A stretch of 45,922 bases of DNA, the filler included, from Jimgerdemannia flammicorona (taxonomy: Eukaryota): NCBI GenBank assembly GCA_003990765.1. It is 2 parts of 2 records of this genome, joined end to end, with 100 filler letters (N's around TTAATTAATTAA, not from the genome) between each part and the next. Parts side by side here need not be neighbours in the genome. Positions count along the whole stretch, not along the records: positions 1 to 22,917 come from RBNJ01001186.1; positions 23,018 to 45,922 come from RBNJ01001187.1. One strand, written 5' to 3'. A program made the position numbers and the translations under genes. Positions within the stretch are counted from its first letter, which is position 1. Every line of letters begins with the position of its first letter. The notes under the pieces are model-generated. The model did not search any database and had not been told where the DNA came from. It worked only from the letters and a program-made list of their open reading frames with translations. Of this stretch, positions 13,418 through 26,698 are shown piece by piece.

Positions 13418-13939
13418 GGACGATGGGTCCCGTGTTTGAGGGGCGATTGGCCGCATCGGTAACGTGTCGTGGGTGGTTTTAATTAATCTGTATTCGAAGG
13501 CGGTGAGGGTTGAATTTGTGACGGGAAGTTTGTTACGGCGGAGAAGGAGAATGAGGCGGATGTGTGTATTCCCGAGCTGATGTTTGTAAAGATGGCGTTT
13601 GGATATTGGAGTTTGGATGAATTGATGTATATACATGTTTACAGATGTGAGCGTGAAGGATGGCATGAAGAACGTGATTGAGACTCTGTTTCCTAAGAGG
13701 CCGTCGGATGCTATACCGTTGCCAATGTAGATTGAGTTACAATAGGAATAAATGATCGCGTCGTGATGTTTTTTATATCGAGCATGAAAAGGTTCGAGCC
13801 TTATAATCTAGTCAGTGAATGCGACGGTTGGACAAATTATGAGCAAGGTCAAATTATCCTGTCACTTGCTGCCAGTGGATAGCTCCACTGTATGCTGTTA
13901 TGATAGATTCAAAAAAAAAAAAAAAAAAAAAAAAAAAGG

Positions 13940-16600
13940 TATATTAATATTGATTATTGACCTACTGATGTGCATATTTTTCTGAGATAATTGATACTCT
14001 GTAATTGTCACCGAGCTCTAATTTAGTATAATCTCATACTATGAACAACAATTTGTCTAAGAATTTAGATGAGAATGGTAGCTTGACAAAGGTGAACCTG
14101 GGTCTACATTATTCAGAAATTATCTGGATAGATGATATAAAATATATAAACTATATTCATTTTTTATTTTTATTTTTATTTTTATCTGTTATAATTTCTT
14201 GATCTATCAGTATGTTAATTTTATAAGTTGGTCTTTAAGGTCTGAGAATATTGAGAATATATCTCAAATAGTATTTTTATTTATTTTTTACTTTTTATTA
14301 GTATAGTATATATATATCATAACACTTATTTTGGTTAACGTCTGTCATATCAGGACCGCGCGGAGGTCCGTCACATGCTCGAGGTGGCGAAGGGACCGGA
14401 CGAGGATGTGATGATGGTGTAAGTGGCAGGACGGAAAAAAAAAAAAAAAAAAAAAAAAAGAGGAAAAGGTACCCACGGGCGCAATAGAACTGGCGTACTC
14501 CGGTGGAGCGTCCTTGAAATCTCAGCTGCAGGGTCTCTTCGTCGGCTCCTCAGCGGCGCTGAACTTGGTGGGCGTCCATTCTCTACTAAATCCTCTCTGC
14601 CTTCTCTACTCTTCTCGACCGCCCTTACCTCCATCCTGCTATCCTGGTCGCCGAAAACAACGGCTGTCCCAGATCCCTTCCCCCCGTTTCTTATTCTCGC
14701 TTCATAAACAATTACATACCACTACAATCAAACTCGCAAGCCGAGCTGCCGAACGTATATACCTTGTACCAGGCCTACGGAAAGATGCGTGAAACCATGT
14801 GTCAATCACATTAGCTTCGGGCTGGAGGGTCAAACGAATTTGGTTTCGATAGCGCAGATTTCGTAGTCCGGTTATTATTGACCTTGTAAATTTTGATGGT
14901 GTTGGTGTACGGGTGGGATGTGGGGTGTTGAACGAAGAAATGAAAGGAGCAGAAAGTGAAGTATCCGGGTGGTTTTGTTCTGCGGCAAGCTCTTTGATGC
15001 GAGCTTACGTCTATGACTGATATCATCACATCCCGTGAACATCGACTATCCCGAAGACGCGTGCGACAACACCGCCGGCGCAACCTCTACCTCGCTACCT
15101 TCACCGCGATATCTGGTTGCCCTCAAGGAGTGTGTTCTTATCGACTTTGAGCACGGAGACCGCGGGAGAAAATTCAACCTGTGTATCAACTGGCGGAATT
15201 GTTGTAGAGGGAATATAATCTCATGCACTTCGGAGAGTGGAAACTGAAACGGTTATCGGCGACGGAGATTCTGGAAAATAATGGTTATGCGATTATATAT
15301 ATATATATATTCCAAGAGTTTCTTTTGCAAGTAACACAGTTTATGTTGTGCATGGAGACAGTAGCCAATGGCACAACATCACCTTGATAGGAAATGGAGA
15401 TGACATCCTTGATTTAAGTGCGGATAAATAATATTAAGATATATTTCAAGGGTATTTTATCATAGTGATCACAACTGTTATATTTTTTTGTTATTTTAGT
15501 TAATATATACAATACTTCTACTGAACTAAATGCAATTGAATTATTGTCTAATATGAGCTAATTTATTATAAAATAGGTCAAAATAGTTCAAATTTAGATA
15601 TTTATAATTATAACTTTATAATATACTCATTATATTATTATTAATTATATAATTCTAATAAGCTTAATAATATTAAAGTAAAAAATATATTACTAAATTA
15701 TATAATTATAAATATTTAATATCTAATTTAAACCAAGTAAAATAATTTAATATATATTAATCTTACTTAATATAGCTGAAGTTTATATAAAAATTTAAAA
15801 ATAATATTCTTATTAATAGAGATTTTATATATTTAAAACTAAAGATTTTAGTTCTTATTTACTTTATTACTAAAAGTAGATTCTAGCTATTATTGTAATA
15901 ATACTTATTTCAATCTCTCTTGCAACTTTGAATAACTTAAATAATAAGATATTACTTAGAAACTTAATATATATATATATTAAGAAGACTTTCAATTGTT
16001 CTTTCTCTTAGTGATATTTACTAAGATTTGAGAAAGTACTATTTCTTTATAATAGAATAAAGTATTGCTCTATACAGATATATCTGTTGAAATCTTTACT
16101 TTAATATCTCAGTATATATAATATTCAGTACCAATCTCTTTAATAAAGTAAAATTATTTTCAACTACTATATATATCTGAGCCAGAGTTGTCTAAGTCAA
16201 GAATAACAGAAATTAAGAATAGCAAGACCTCTGATAATGATAAGAAGTTCTTTATAAAGAGTAAGCAAAAGTACTCTAATGTTTACTAAGAAACTTATAC
16301 TAATTTAGAGAGTTATTAGGATATATCAAAGATATCTCAATATAAGGACCATATAAGCTATACTGAGATACATATATAAATGTATGTTTATTATAACTTC
16401 TAGTAAGCTAAATACATTGTGACAGTTAATCTGAATTAGTAATATAAATCAGGAGAATAGATATTTGATCATGGTACCTGAATCTGATTTTCAAATATAG
16501 TATAGTCTTATAAATAGCAGTTATATTTAATATATGAAAACTTTAACAGATGTTAAAGTATTTATAGATGTTAAAGTATTTACAGATGTTAAAGTATTCA
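13940..16600. other. Mostly very AT-rich, CpG-depleted degenerate repeat DNA, interrupted by a GC-normal island at ~14345-15290
   Basis: Near absence of CG, excess of TA/TAG/CTA and no ORFs in 13940-14340 and 15300-16600. Confidence 0.6.
16546..16599. repeat. 18-bp tandem repeat x3 (a(c/t)agatgttaaagtatt(t/c))
   Basis: Units at 16546, 16564 and 16582, immediately upstream of the LINE 5' UTR. Confidence 0.85.
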
Positions 16601-16694
16601 CAACAAGATACACATCTTTCTCCAGTATCATTTGGGTTATACAACCTTTGAAAAGCACTTACAATATTGTTTTTGAAGAAAAGAGACTAATAAC

Positions 16695-18719
16695 ATGGTA
16701 ACCGACAGGTAATCTGAGGTATGTACTGGGCAGGGTGGCCCTAGTATGTTTGACTGGCAGCATGTAGAGAGAGGCCCTGGCCTGGGGGGGAGTATGAGGG
16801 GGTTACTGGCAGAAGGATGTGAGAGGAGAGGAGGAGGTGGTGGAGGACAGGGGTCTGGGAGGGCAAGCTTTACAGAGGTGGTGAAGAGGAGGTGGCAGGC
16901 ATCTGGGCTAGAGGGATGGCTGAGGAAAGGCAAGGAGATGGAGAAGGCAGCAGTTCATAGAGGAGTAGCTCTTGGCAGTGGGAGCAGTAGTACTGGGGGT
17001 GTAGTAGCTGGGACAAGTATGATGGCTGATGGCAACAGGATTACCAATCTGGAAAAAAATCCAGATATAACTACTGATAGTACAGCTGAGTAGCAGGGGC
17101 TTAGAGGGCAGGGAAATTTGGCAGATGGTGTGATAGGCCTAGTGGTGGCCCTGTTACTCAAAAAATCAATCTTAGTATTTGTAGTTACACTATACTTCTG
17201 GGGCCTAGCAGTAACAGCAAAAATGGTGCTAGGGCTTATCACTAAGCAGATGGCTGGAGGAGCATCAGTGAAGTTTCTGAAGGGATTGGAGGAAGTAGAG
17301 GTGGGCTTTGAGGAGGCTGAACCTTTAGAGGTGGTGCTGAAGATTGGTTTGACTGTTAGAGAGGTGTATATCCCTATGGCATGCTGCCTGAGATGAGATC
17401 CCAGGGTAGTACAACTGCTGGTAAAAGAAGTGCCCATGGTGACAGTAGTGGAGATGAGAAGGAGAGTCAAGGAGGTTATGGCAGAGTATGGTGAGGTGGT
17501 AGATATTAGATTCAGGGTCTAGGAGGAGACCTTGCTCAGGACTGGAGATGTTGATGTACAGATTCAGCTGGCAGAGAAGGAAGCTACTGGGAAGGTGAGG
17601 GACTGGTCTTCGGTGATGGTCTGGGGGGTAATCTTGTGTAAGGTGATAAGAGTGAAGGAGAGTAAGAAGGAGGAAGAGGACTTGTTGGAAGCACTAGAAG
17701 AGCTGAGTGAGGTGGTGGAGCAGTGAGCAAAGGCTTGGAAGGCTTTTATGGAGTCAACTCACTTAGAAGTAGTGGATGGAAAGCAGATTAGAATGGACAA
17801 GGGACAGTGGGAAAGAGCTCAGGGATGTAAGCATTAGAAAGAGCTACTGGCTAAGCTGGAAGGTAGACCACAGAAGGATGCAGGTGGAATGGTGGAGACA
17901 GGGGGAGCCAAAGTGAGTGTCTGGGCTAGTGAGAATGGTGGGAGTGTAGAGAAGGAGACAGGAGTGGACAGGAAAGTGACTAGTGATGATCCATATGCTG
18001 ATGGTATATTTAAGGTCTGAGAGGAGAACTGGGAGGGATTGCCTACCCCTACTCTTCTTATCAGGTGAGGTCTGACTTCTTGAAGCAGGGTGGTAGAGGA
18101 TGTACTAATGTGGAGGGTCCAGCAAGTACAATTTGGAGTTCCTAAGGTGGCAAATGGGGGACAAGTAGTGGCAGTTAGGGAGGAGGAACTGGTGGATGTC
18201 CCAGAGGTGTGAGATGAGTCTGCAAGTGCTGGGGCTAATATCATGATGTTGGATGGAGAGAGGCTGACAACTCCTGGGGGGAAGGAGGTGGAGAACTTAC
18301 TCTGGATGTATAGGATAATAAATAACCTAGTGGCTAAGAAGTTGGGGAAGGTGGACTTAAGAGTAATGAGTAATGAGCATTAGATGCAAATTCTGCAGTG
18401 GGATGGTGTGGAGTTGGCATTGAAGGCAGAAATCCTTGCAGTATATCTGGAGAAGGAAGGGTATGAGGTGGATAAGGAGTGGGAGGCAGAGCTGGCAAGG
18501 GTTACTGATGAGAGGGCTAAATACTGCTGGGCCAAGTGCCATGGGTTACAGCTCTGACAGGAGGTCTGCCTAGAGTACTGAGAGGAGTTTGAGAAGAAGG
18601 TAGATGGGAAGATGAATGAACTATTGGCTGGATTGGAGGCTCAGAAGGCTGAAGAGGAGAAGGTGACTGTAGAACATAATCTGGATATGGTGTAGGAAGA
18701 GATGAACATGGAGTAGTAG
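16695..18719 (+). pseudogene. LINE copy A ORF1 (nucleic-acid-binding protein), disrupted
   Basis: ATG 16695. Same-frame fragments (FDWQHV.., ADGVIGLVVALLLKKSILVF.., VQIQLAEKEATGKVRDW..) align to copy B ORF1. Confidence 0.75.
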
Positions 18720-18750
18720 GGACAGACTGGATTATACATTGTATTTCACT

Positions 18751-21700
18751 ATGAATAGTATAACCAACATTTTCTCTTTGAACATAAATGGGTTACAGAG
18801 TACTTCTCGATGTCAGAACATTTTTACTTGGCTGAAGGGATTGGAGGCTGATCTCTTCCTCTTGCAGGATATCAGGTGTGAGGATGATTTGGATAGGCTG
18901 GAATAGATGAAGGAATGGGGAGGTGAGGCTGTTTGGAGGGGCAAGGTTGGGATTCTGGTCTGAAAAGATAGAGGGGAGGTATGGGATATGAGGAGCTAGG
19001 GAGATAGATTGATCTGGGGAGAGTGAATATGTAAAGGTTAGGAACTGGTCACAGTGGGCTCCTGTTACTGCCCTATTGTATGGGGTGAGCAAGTAGATTG
19101 GATGAAGGGTCTCAAGGAGAGTGGAGTCCTAGCAGAGGCTGGGGTAGATGTGCTTAGTAGAGACTTCAATATGGTCAGAGATGTACTGAGGGATAGAATA
19201 GATGGCAGCCAGGAAGCTGAGAGTAAGAATGGAGGGTTGGCAGTGTGGGAGGATGTGGAAAGGCTTAGTGCTCTGGTAGATGCTGGTAGGGAGTATTGGG
19301 GGGATAAGAGGGTATACATGCACTGGACAGGGGGTTTGGGGACAAGGATTGACTGGATGTTGATGGCCAGCTGCTGGGGCTTGGATATTTGGAAGTCACT
19401 GGAGGTAGAATGGTGTCCTTGGTTGGATCATTGGGGGTTATTAGGGCAGGGATATTTTGGGGGGAGTGGGGATGGGCCTGGATATTGGTGTCTCAATTCC
19501 TCTTTATTAGATGATAGAATCCAGTAGGATGAGTGGGTGGAGGACATTCAACTGAGGGTGGAGAGCTGGAGGCGGGAGGGTACCCCAGTTGGTGTTCAGT
19601 AAATGAGAATGAAAGAGATGGCCAGGGTCTACTGGAGTGAGGCTGGCAGAGAGGCTGGGAAGCAGAGGAAGTAATGGGTGAGATGGGCTTCTGTTAGACT
19701 GACTAGACTCTTGGAAGATTAGACAGGGCTAATGATGGTGGAGGGGAGAGAGAATTGGAGATTATTGAGGGCAAAATTGGAGGTTGGCAAATTACAATAG
19801 ATGCTGCGGGATGAGGAGGAGGCAAGAGTACAGAGCTTGGCAGCACAGCTTTGTTGGCAAGGTTTGGAGGAAGGAAAGAGGCTCTCTAAGTATCTCATGA
19901 GAGCCTTTCAGGCAAGAAGGGTACAGCAAAGGTGGAAGGGGGTGCTTGACTCTGATGATATACTGGTGCATGATATACAAGACATTCTTGATACATTAAA
20001 GGAGCAATGGAGTGGATTGTGGAGAGAGGAGGAGGGTGGGGTGGATGCTGCTGCCATTGACTGGGCATTGGAGGATTGGCACCCTCCACAAGTAGATGGG
20101 CTGGACAACTTGATGTTGCTGGTACAAGAGGAAGAGATCCACTAGGTTCTTGCTATGACAACCCCAGATATAGCACCTGGGGAGGATGGTCTGCCCTGGG
20201 ACTTCTGGAAGAAAATGATAGAAGTCTCAGAAGTACTGGGTAAGATGATGGCATTGTGTGACCTTATATTACAGACAGGGAGATGGGTGAGAGAGCAGGA
20301 CCTGGGGCTGGTGATACTGCTTTATAAGAACAAAAGAAGATAAGAGAACTGAAAGAACTGGCAGCTGATTATGCTGCTGGACATAGACAGAAAGTTGGTG
20401 ACTAAGGTGGTGGTTGCAAGACTTCAGAAGGTGGCCTAGCAAGTCTTAGGAGTTGAGCAGAGGGGCATTGTAGGAGGCTGGCTTATTAGAGATGGTACAG
20501 CCTGGGTACATGGAGTTATTTAAGGAGCATGAGCTTGTGGACTGGATGGGTGACTGGTCTTCTTGGACCAGGAGAAGGCTTATGACTGGGTGCAGCAAGT
20601 CTGGCTGGTGAAAGTTTTAGATAGGACTGGGATACTATACCAGTTCCGGTCAGCAATGATCAGCCTACTGGAAGGAAGTAGGGCTGCACTCATATATAAT
20701 AGACATAGAGGGATATCATTTCCCCTAGATAGGGGGGTGCCCCAGGGGGACCCACTGTCTCCCATTCTATATGCTCTTTCCCTGGAGCCCCTGATGGACA
20801 GAATCAGGCAGAAGATAGGGGGACTCTCCATCTTTGGAATTGGGTGGAAAGTGGGAGCCTTTGCAGATGATATAGTGATTGGCCTGGGGTTTATTGTAGA
20901 TATTGAGGAGCTTAAGAAGATGATAGAGTGGTATGAGGAGAACTTTGGGGCTAAGCTCAATTGGTATAAGTGTGAAACAATGGTGTTGGGCAATAACCTG
21001 ATGGGAGGGGATGTTATTGGAACAATCATCCCTACTGGCAAGGTAGTGTGGTACTTGGGCATTTATTTGTCAGTATATGGATTAGTTCTATCAAGGCTCT
21101 AGTGGGAGCAGAGGGTTGGAATCTGGGGAGAGGCCCTGTGGAGCTGGGGGGGTTGCCACTTATCTCTAGCAGAGTGTGTCTTGATTTTGAACACCTATTG
21201 GCTGCCAAAGTTGTGATATCTGGCATATCATCTGGACTTTCTGGCCTGGGTAGTGAAGTAACTGATAAAGCTGGCCAAGGAGTGGATCTGGGCTAGAAGA
21301 AGGAGTCAGATCAGTTGGGAGGTCTTATCCTTACTGATGGTAAGAGGAGGGCTTGAGCTGGTCAACTTTCTGAAGAGACTACACTACTTGAGAGCATGGT
21401 GGTTAAAGAGAGCAGTAGAATTGAGAGGGAGCAGTTGGGTTCCCCTATTGCAGAAGGTCTGAGAGATGAGGTTCTCACTAAGAGACTCAATAGGAGATCT
21501 TCTATCATTGATTGGGCTTTAGAATACTACACAATTGCATTATAAAGGCTTTTGGTGGAGAATAGCAGAGAGGGCACACTGTATTGAAATTAATTGGCAG
21601 AGTAATGAAGGAGAGGTAGCTTGGGACCCAGCAATGTAGAGATGGGACCAAGTGTTGCTGAGAGGTATTCCCTTAATTGAGTTCAACATTAGTGATGGGA

Positions 21701-21972
21701 TAGACTACCAAAGGAGACAAGGCCAGGATCTGTAGCCTAGTAGATGGCAGGGAGTAGGTATTGGAGAAGAGTGGAACTAGCATAGTGTGTGGGCCTAGAG
21801 TGCTGAGGTGAGGAGATGGATGCCACTGAAGTACTGAGTGGTCTGGTGGTGCATGCTGAGGAGGAATGTAATGCTCAACTTCCACTTGAGTCACCTTATC
21901 AAGGGGGGTTGCTTCAATTGTGAGGAGTGCCACAATATAGGGCAGGAAGAGGAATATGTGCAGATGTCAGAA
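18751..21972 (+). pseudogene. LINE copy A ORF2 (APE endonuclease + reverse transcriptase), disrupted
   Basis: MNSITNIFSLNING, DFN, RIDW, WLDH, APGEDGLP, DQEKAYDWV, GVPQGDPLSPILY, AFADD, YLGI and C-terminal CEEC. Confidence 0.92.
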
Positions 21973-22348
21973 TAGTGCTCCGAATGAGTCAATTTGAATC
22001 AAATCCAGATTCGATTCATCACATGACAGTTTGATCTGAATCTCAAATCTGAAGTTATCTGAATCAACTCAGATTAATCCGAATTGCCCCATCTGAATTG
22101 CTCCATCCGAATCACCCATCTGAACCACCCCAATCCGAATTACTCAATCCAAATCACTCAATCCGAATCACTCAATCTGAATCCTCCAATTTGAATCCTC
22201 CAATTCGAATCCTCCAATTCGAATCCTTTAATCCAAATCCAAATCCAAATCCTTCAACCAAATCCTCCAATCCAAATTCTCCACATGACTCATATACCAG
22301 ACACATCTACATTACAATACATATACACACATACACAATACACACATA
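21973..22348 (+). mobile_element. Left end of a hAT-like DNA transposon (terminus TAGTGCTCCG, CCGAAT/GAATC subterminal microrepeats)
   Basis: Begins exactly where LINE A homology to LINE B stops. Same terminus as the elements at 22349 and 30421-30429. 15-bp-period ccgaatcactcaat-like repeats over ~22075-22280. Confidence 0.6.
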
Positions 22349-22917
22349 TAGTGCTCCGCAAACCCGACCCGATTAACCCGAAACCCAACCTGTAAAACAG
22401 CCAACCCAGAATTAGACGTCACCCATCTTTAACCCAACCCGGAATTATACGTCACCCGTCTTTAACCCGACCCGGAATTATACGTCACCCGTCTTTAACC
22501 CGACCCAGAATTGTACATCACCCGTCTTTAACCCGACCCGGAATAATACGTCACCCATCTTTAACCCGACCTGGAAATGTATGTCACCCGACCCGTTATT
22601 TACCCTTAACCCAAACCTGAACCCGACCCCTGAACCCGACCCTGAACCCGACCCCTGAACCCGACCCTGAACCTGACCCCTGAACCCGACCCTGAACCCG
22701 ACCCTCTGAACTCTGCTCTGAAAAAATGATTCGGAAAATATTTGGATAATATTCAGAGTAATTGAAAGTGAAAAATATCTGAAGACTACCAAGAATCCAA
22801 ACACATGCATGCACGAATTGTATTTACACACAAGCTGTTTCGACGTTCAGTCACTAGCTCACCAGCAATAGAAAAAATACGTTCAGATGGAACAGATGTT
22901 GCCGAAATAGCAAGATA
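22349..22917 (+). mobile_element. Left end of a second, nested hAT-like element (terminus TAGTGCTCCG, AACCCG subterminal repeats)
   Basis: tagtgctccgcaaacccgacccg at 22349, followed by AACCCG-rich arrays. CpGs are largely retained, so it is younger. It runs into the assembly gap. Confidence 0.6.
22404..22705. repeat. Subterminal tandem arrays: ~5.5 x 33 bp (acccggaattatacgtcacccgtctttaacccg), then ~7 x 12-13 bp (cctgaacccgac(c))
   Basis: Read directly; head-to-tail with no spacers. Confidence 0.9.
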
Positions 22918-23017
22918 NNNNNNNNNNNNNNNNNNNNNNNNNNNNNNNNNNNNNNNNNNNNTTAATTAATTAANNNNNNNNNNNNNNNNNNNNNNNNNNN
23001 NNNNNNNNNNNNNNNNN
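22918..23017. other. Assembly gap with artificial linker N44-TTAATTAATTAA-N44
   Basis: 44 N + 12-mer with stops in all six frames (22962-22973) + 44 N = 100 bp. Confidence 0.97.
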
Positions 23018-23059
23018 CCCTCCCTACCCTTTCCCTGTGAAAGACCACTCTATCGAACA

Positions 23060-26000
23060 CTATCCCCACCCTCCCACTACTCTGCTCACAGATCCTCATC
23101 ACCAAACTGCAATGTCATCCTCTCTGAGGACCCCAACCCACCCACCATCTGGTCAGCAGATCCCCCACCAGCTCCTCCCATCTTAATACCTTCTCACACA
23201 GCCCCAACTGCTGCCCCTCCTCAAATATAAAAAGCCAATGGCTTGCCATTCTCACCCATACTGCTAATACCTATCCTACAGTGAGCCAACTATCCCCAAC
23301 CCTGCCCACAAGCCGAGATCTTAAGTCCTCCCAGCAACCCCCCTCCCCCACCTGCTGATGCCCCACACTCAGTCTATCCCCTATCTCAGCCCAAAATTCC
23401 CCCAAGACCTCACACTCTTCCAGCCAATGTTCCGGTGTCTGTACATAACCCCCAGTCTACCCAACATCATAACACTCCTCACAGTCAAATTGTCCACCCT
23501 CTACTAAATGCCCCACGTGGAAATTCAGCATGACATTCCTCTGCAACATTCGCCACCAGACCACCCAGAACTTGGGAGGAAGCCACTGCTGTACCTCAGT
23601 ACTCCAAGACCAGATGCCTGCCCAGTCCCACTCCTCTCCAATTCCAACTGCCTGCCAGCTACTTGGCCAAAGGTTCTGGCCAAGCCCCTGCTGACACTCC
23701 ACTCCCTCCCCAATATCAAACAAAGCCAGTGGAGTACCCCCCAGGAGCAGTCTATCCCAACACTACATATTAGGCCCCCACGCTGCCTCCCTCTCGTTAC
23801 TCTGCTATTGCAGGCCAATTCAGTGTGCTCCATCGGTCACACTCCACTAAAAGCCCTTGAACCACAGTCTCTGAACTCTATTCAGCCCCACCAAAGAGAG
23901 CAGATCTCCAGAGGACTCTCGGGGGGATGTTTGTATCTCCCATACCTTCTGCAGCAGAGGCACCCAACCTCTGCCCTGCAATTGCACAGCTCTCTTCAAC
24001 CACCAGGCTCTCAAGCAGTACAGCCTCTTAGGGAAATCTACCAGGCCAAGACCTCCTCTGACTACTGGTCTCGCAAGAGTATCCCAACTGACCTGGGACC
24101 TCCTCCCTGCCCAAATCCAATCCCTAGCCACCTTTGTCAGCCTCTTCACCACCCATGCTGGGAAATCGAGGTGATATGCCACATACCATAGCTTTGGGAA
24201 CCAATATACATTCAGGATCAACATCCGCCCTGCTAGAGAGATATGGCAGCCTCCCCATCCTCAAAGGGCCTCCCCCCAACTATTCACCCTGCTCTCCCAC
24301 CACACTCGCGGCAAGACAGACCCATATATAGAGAGGAAGATGCCCAGATACCACACCACCTCACCAGTAGGGACAATCATTCCAATGACGTCCCCACCCA
24401 CTAGCCCATTCCCTAGCACCATTGTCTCACACTTATGCCAGTTGAGTTTCACTCCTGAGTGAGCCTCATACCATTCCACAGTCTCCTGAAGTGCTACTAC
24501 ATCCACCACAGACCCAAGGCCAACCACCATATCATTAGCAAAGGCCCCCACCTTCCACACTATATCATAAATAGAGAGCCCTGCTACCTTCTGGCGAATC
24601 CTATCCATCAATGGCTCCAGGGACAGGGCATAGAGAATTGGGGATAGAGGGTCCCCCTGAGGTACTCCTCTTCCCAAGGGAAATGCCCTCCTGTGGTGAC
24701 CATTACACATCAGAGCTGCCCTACTACTCTCTAGCAGACTCAATATAGAGGCTCTAAATGTTGGGGGAACACCAATTCAGTCCAACACCTTCCCCAGCCA
24801 CACCTGCCATATACGGTTGTAGGCCTTCTCCTGGTCCAGAAAGACCAACCTTCCATCCAGTCCACAGGTCCGGGCCTCTTCAATAACACCATGAACCCAT
24901 GCAGTCCCATCTCTTATTAGCCTGCCCCCAACAAAGCCCCTCTGCTCTTCCCCCAGCACCTGTTGGGCAACCTTCTGCAGCCTTGCGACAATCACCTTAG
25001 TCACCATCTTCCTGTCTATATTCAGAAGCATGATTGGCCTCCAGTTCTTCCAGTCTTCCCTCCTTCCCTTGTCTTTGTACAGTAAGGCCACCAGCCCCAG
25101 ATCCTGCTCTCCAACCCACGCACCACTCTGAAGGACATGGTCACAAAGATCAGCCATCTCGCCCAACACTCTGGGGATATTTACCATCTTCTTCCAGAAG
25201 TCCCAAGGCAATCCATCCTTCCCTGGCACCGTCCCAAGCTTAGTTGCTGCCAGGACACTCTGGATCTCCTCCCTCTGTACTGGTAAGATCAAGTCCCCCA
25301 GGCCAGCAACCTGCGGAGGCCCCCACTCATCTAGTGTAGTCACAATCTCTGCCTCATCTGCACCCCCTTCTCTCTCACTCCACAAACCCTGCCATCTCTC
25401 CTTCAAGACCTCCAGGATTTGTTGCATGCCATGAACCATGTCCTTATCAGCATCCAGGACCCCATCCCACCAATGATGCACTCTCCTAGCTTTGAGAAGT
25501 CTTGATAAGTATCTAGTAGGCTGCTCACCCTCCTCAAGCCCCTGCCACCGCAGCCTAGTGGCTATGCCCCGCATATGGGTCTCCTCCTCTTCCCTCAGCA
25601 CCTGTTGTAGTTCCACTATCTCCAATTTCGCCCTTTCTATCCTCCAGTCCTCCACCCCTACAATAGTGAGCAAATCCACCCAATCTATTTGTAGTCTCCT
25701 CAGCCTGCTGAAAGCACACCTCGTGCACCTCCTTCTCTGCCTCCCAGCCTCTCTACCAGCCTCTCCCCAATAAACCCTTGCAGCCTCTTTCAACCTCATC
25801 CAGCAGACAGCCACAGGCAAACCCTCATGCTTCCAGATAAAAACTTTTGCCTGAATGTCCTCCACCCACAGTTCCCACAGCCCCTTCTCAGTCAGCAGGG
25901 AGGAGTTAAGGCACCAATGTCCGGGTCCATCTCCACTCTCCCCAAACTGCCCCTGCCCCAACAGTTCCCAGTGATCAGACCATGGGCACCACTCTACTTC

Positions 26001-26651
26001 CAATGCCTTCTAAACATCTGAACCCCAGCACTCTGCCATCAGAATCCAGTCAATCCTTGTACCCAGGCCATTCACCCAATGTGTGTAAACCCTGGTGTCA
26101 CCCCACCTCGTTCTGTCCATATCCCCCAAGGAGCTCAATGTCTCCACCTTCTCCCATACATCCAGATCTCCACTTCTACCCCTGGCACTCCTCCCTCCAT
26201 CAGTTCTGTCCAGATGCTGATCCCGAACCATATTAAAGTCCCCACCGAGAACATCGACCCCTTCCTCCAAGAGAATACCCTCCTCCAGTAATCCTCTAAT
26301 CTATGCAATCCTCTCACCCCTAGCTGTAGGGCAGTAGCAAGAGCCCACCTTCACCGATTCCCACCCTGGCCAATGCCAATCTCCCCAGACCAAGCGATCG
26401 CCCCAGCTCCTGATTCCCCCCAAGTCCCCCCTGCCCTTCTTCACCAGGATTGCTACCTTTCCAAACCAAGCAGCAGCCCCCCCCCACTCCCTAGTCCACT
26501 CTGCCCAATTATCCTCATCCTCACATCGAACATCCTGCAATAAAAAGAGATCAGCCTCCAATCCCTTGAGCCAAGTAAAAATGTTTCTATGCTGCCCAGA
26601 TCCCCTTAGCCCATTCACATTCAAGGAAAAAATGTTAGTTGTACTATTCAT
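23060..26651 (-). pseudogene. LINE copy B ORF2 (APE endonuclease + RT + C-terminal zinc motif), disrupted
   Basis: MNSTTNIFSLNVNGL, LQDV, GGDFN, RIDW, WSDH, PGKDGLP, NWRPIMLLNIDRK, LDQEKAYNR, GVPQGDPLSPILY, AFAND (DD mutated) and YLGI, with stops and frameshifts. Confidence 0.95.
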
Positions 26652-26698
26652 AAAGAATAATGATATATATCAAAGCCCACCCTCTATAAGTCAGTATC

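Larger units (their letters stand above)
16610..21972 (+). mobile_element. Non-LTR retrotransposon (L1/Tx1-type LINE), copy A, degenerate, 3' end interrupted
   Basis: Collinear homology to copy B, including the 5' UTR (atctttctccagtatcatttgggttataca vs atctctctccactataatttatgttacaca). Contains ORF1 and an EN-RT ORF2 with many stops, and is cut at 21972 inside the C-terminal CxxC..H..C motif. Confidence 0.92.

Noticed and set aside
12950..13666. 238-aa minus-strand ORF
   Set aside because: Antisense shadow of the GNAT pseudogene; no motifs.
7700..14459. Long A/T homopolymers (7700, 10114, 13911, 14434) as retroposon tails
   Set aside because: No flanking TSDs found by eye, unlike the insertion at 40302-40420.
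14345..15290. GC-normal island with fragments EVRHMLEVAKGPDEDVMMV, GASLKSQLQGLFVGSSA (USP-like?) and VLIDFEH (kinase-like?)
   Set aside because: Motifs are too short and disjoint to support an assignment.
22404..22590. 33-bp repeats as a CRISPR array
   Set aside because: Units are contiguous with no unique spacers, the context is eukaryotic, and no cas genes are present.
22616..22705. cctgaacccgac repeats as telomeric sequence
   Set aside because: Not TTAGGG-type, and embedded in a transposon-like end with the same AACCCG core.
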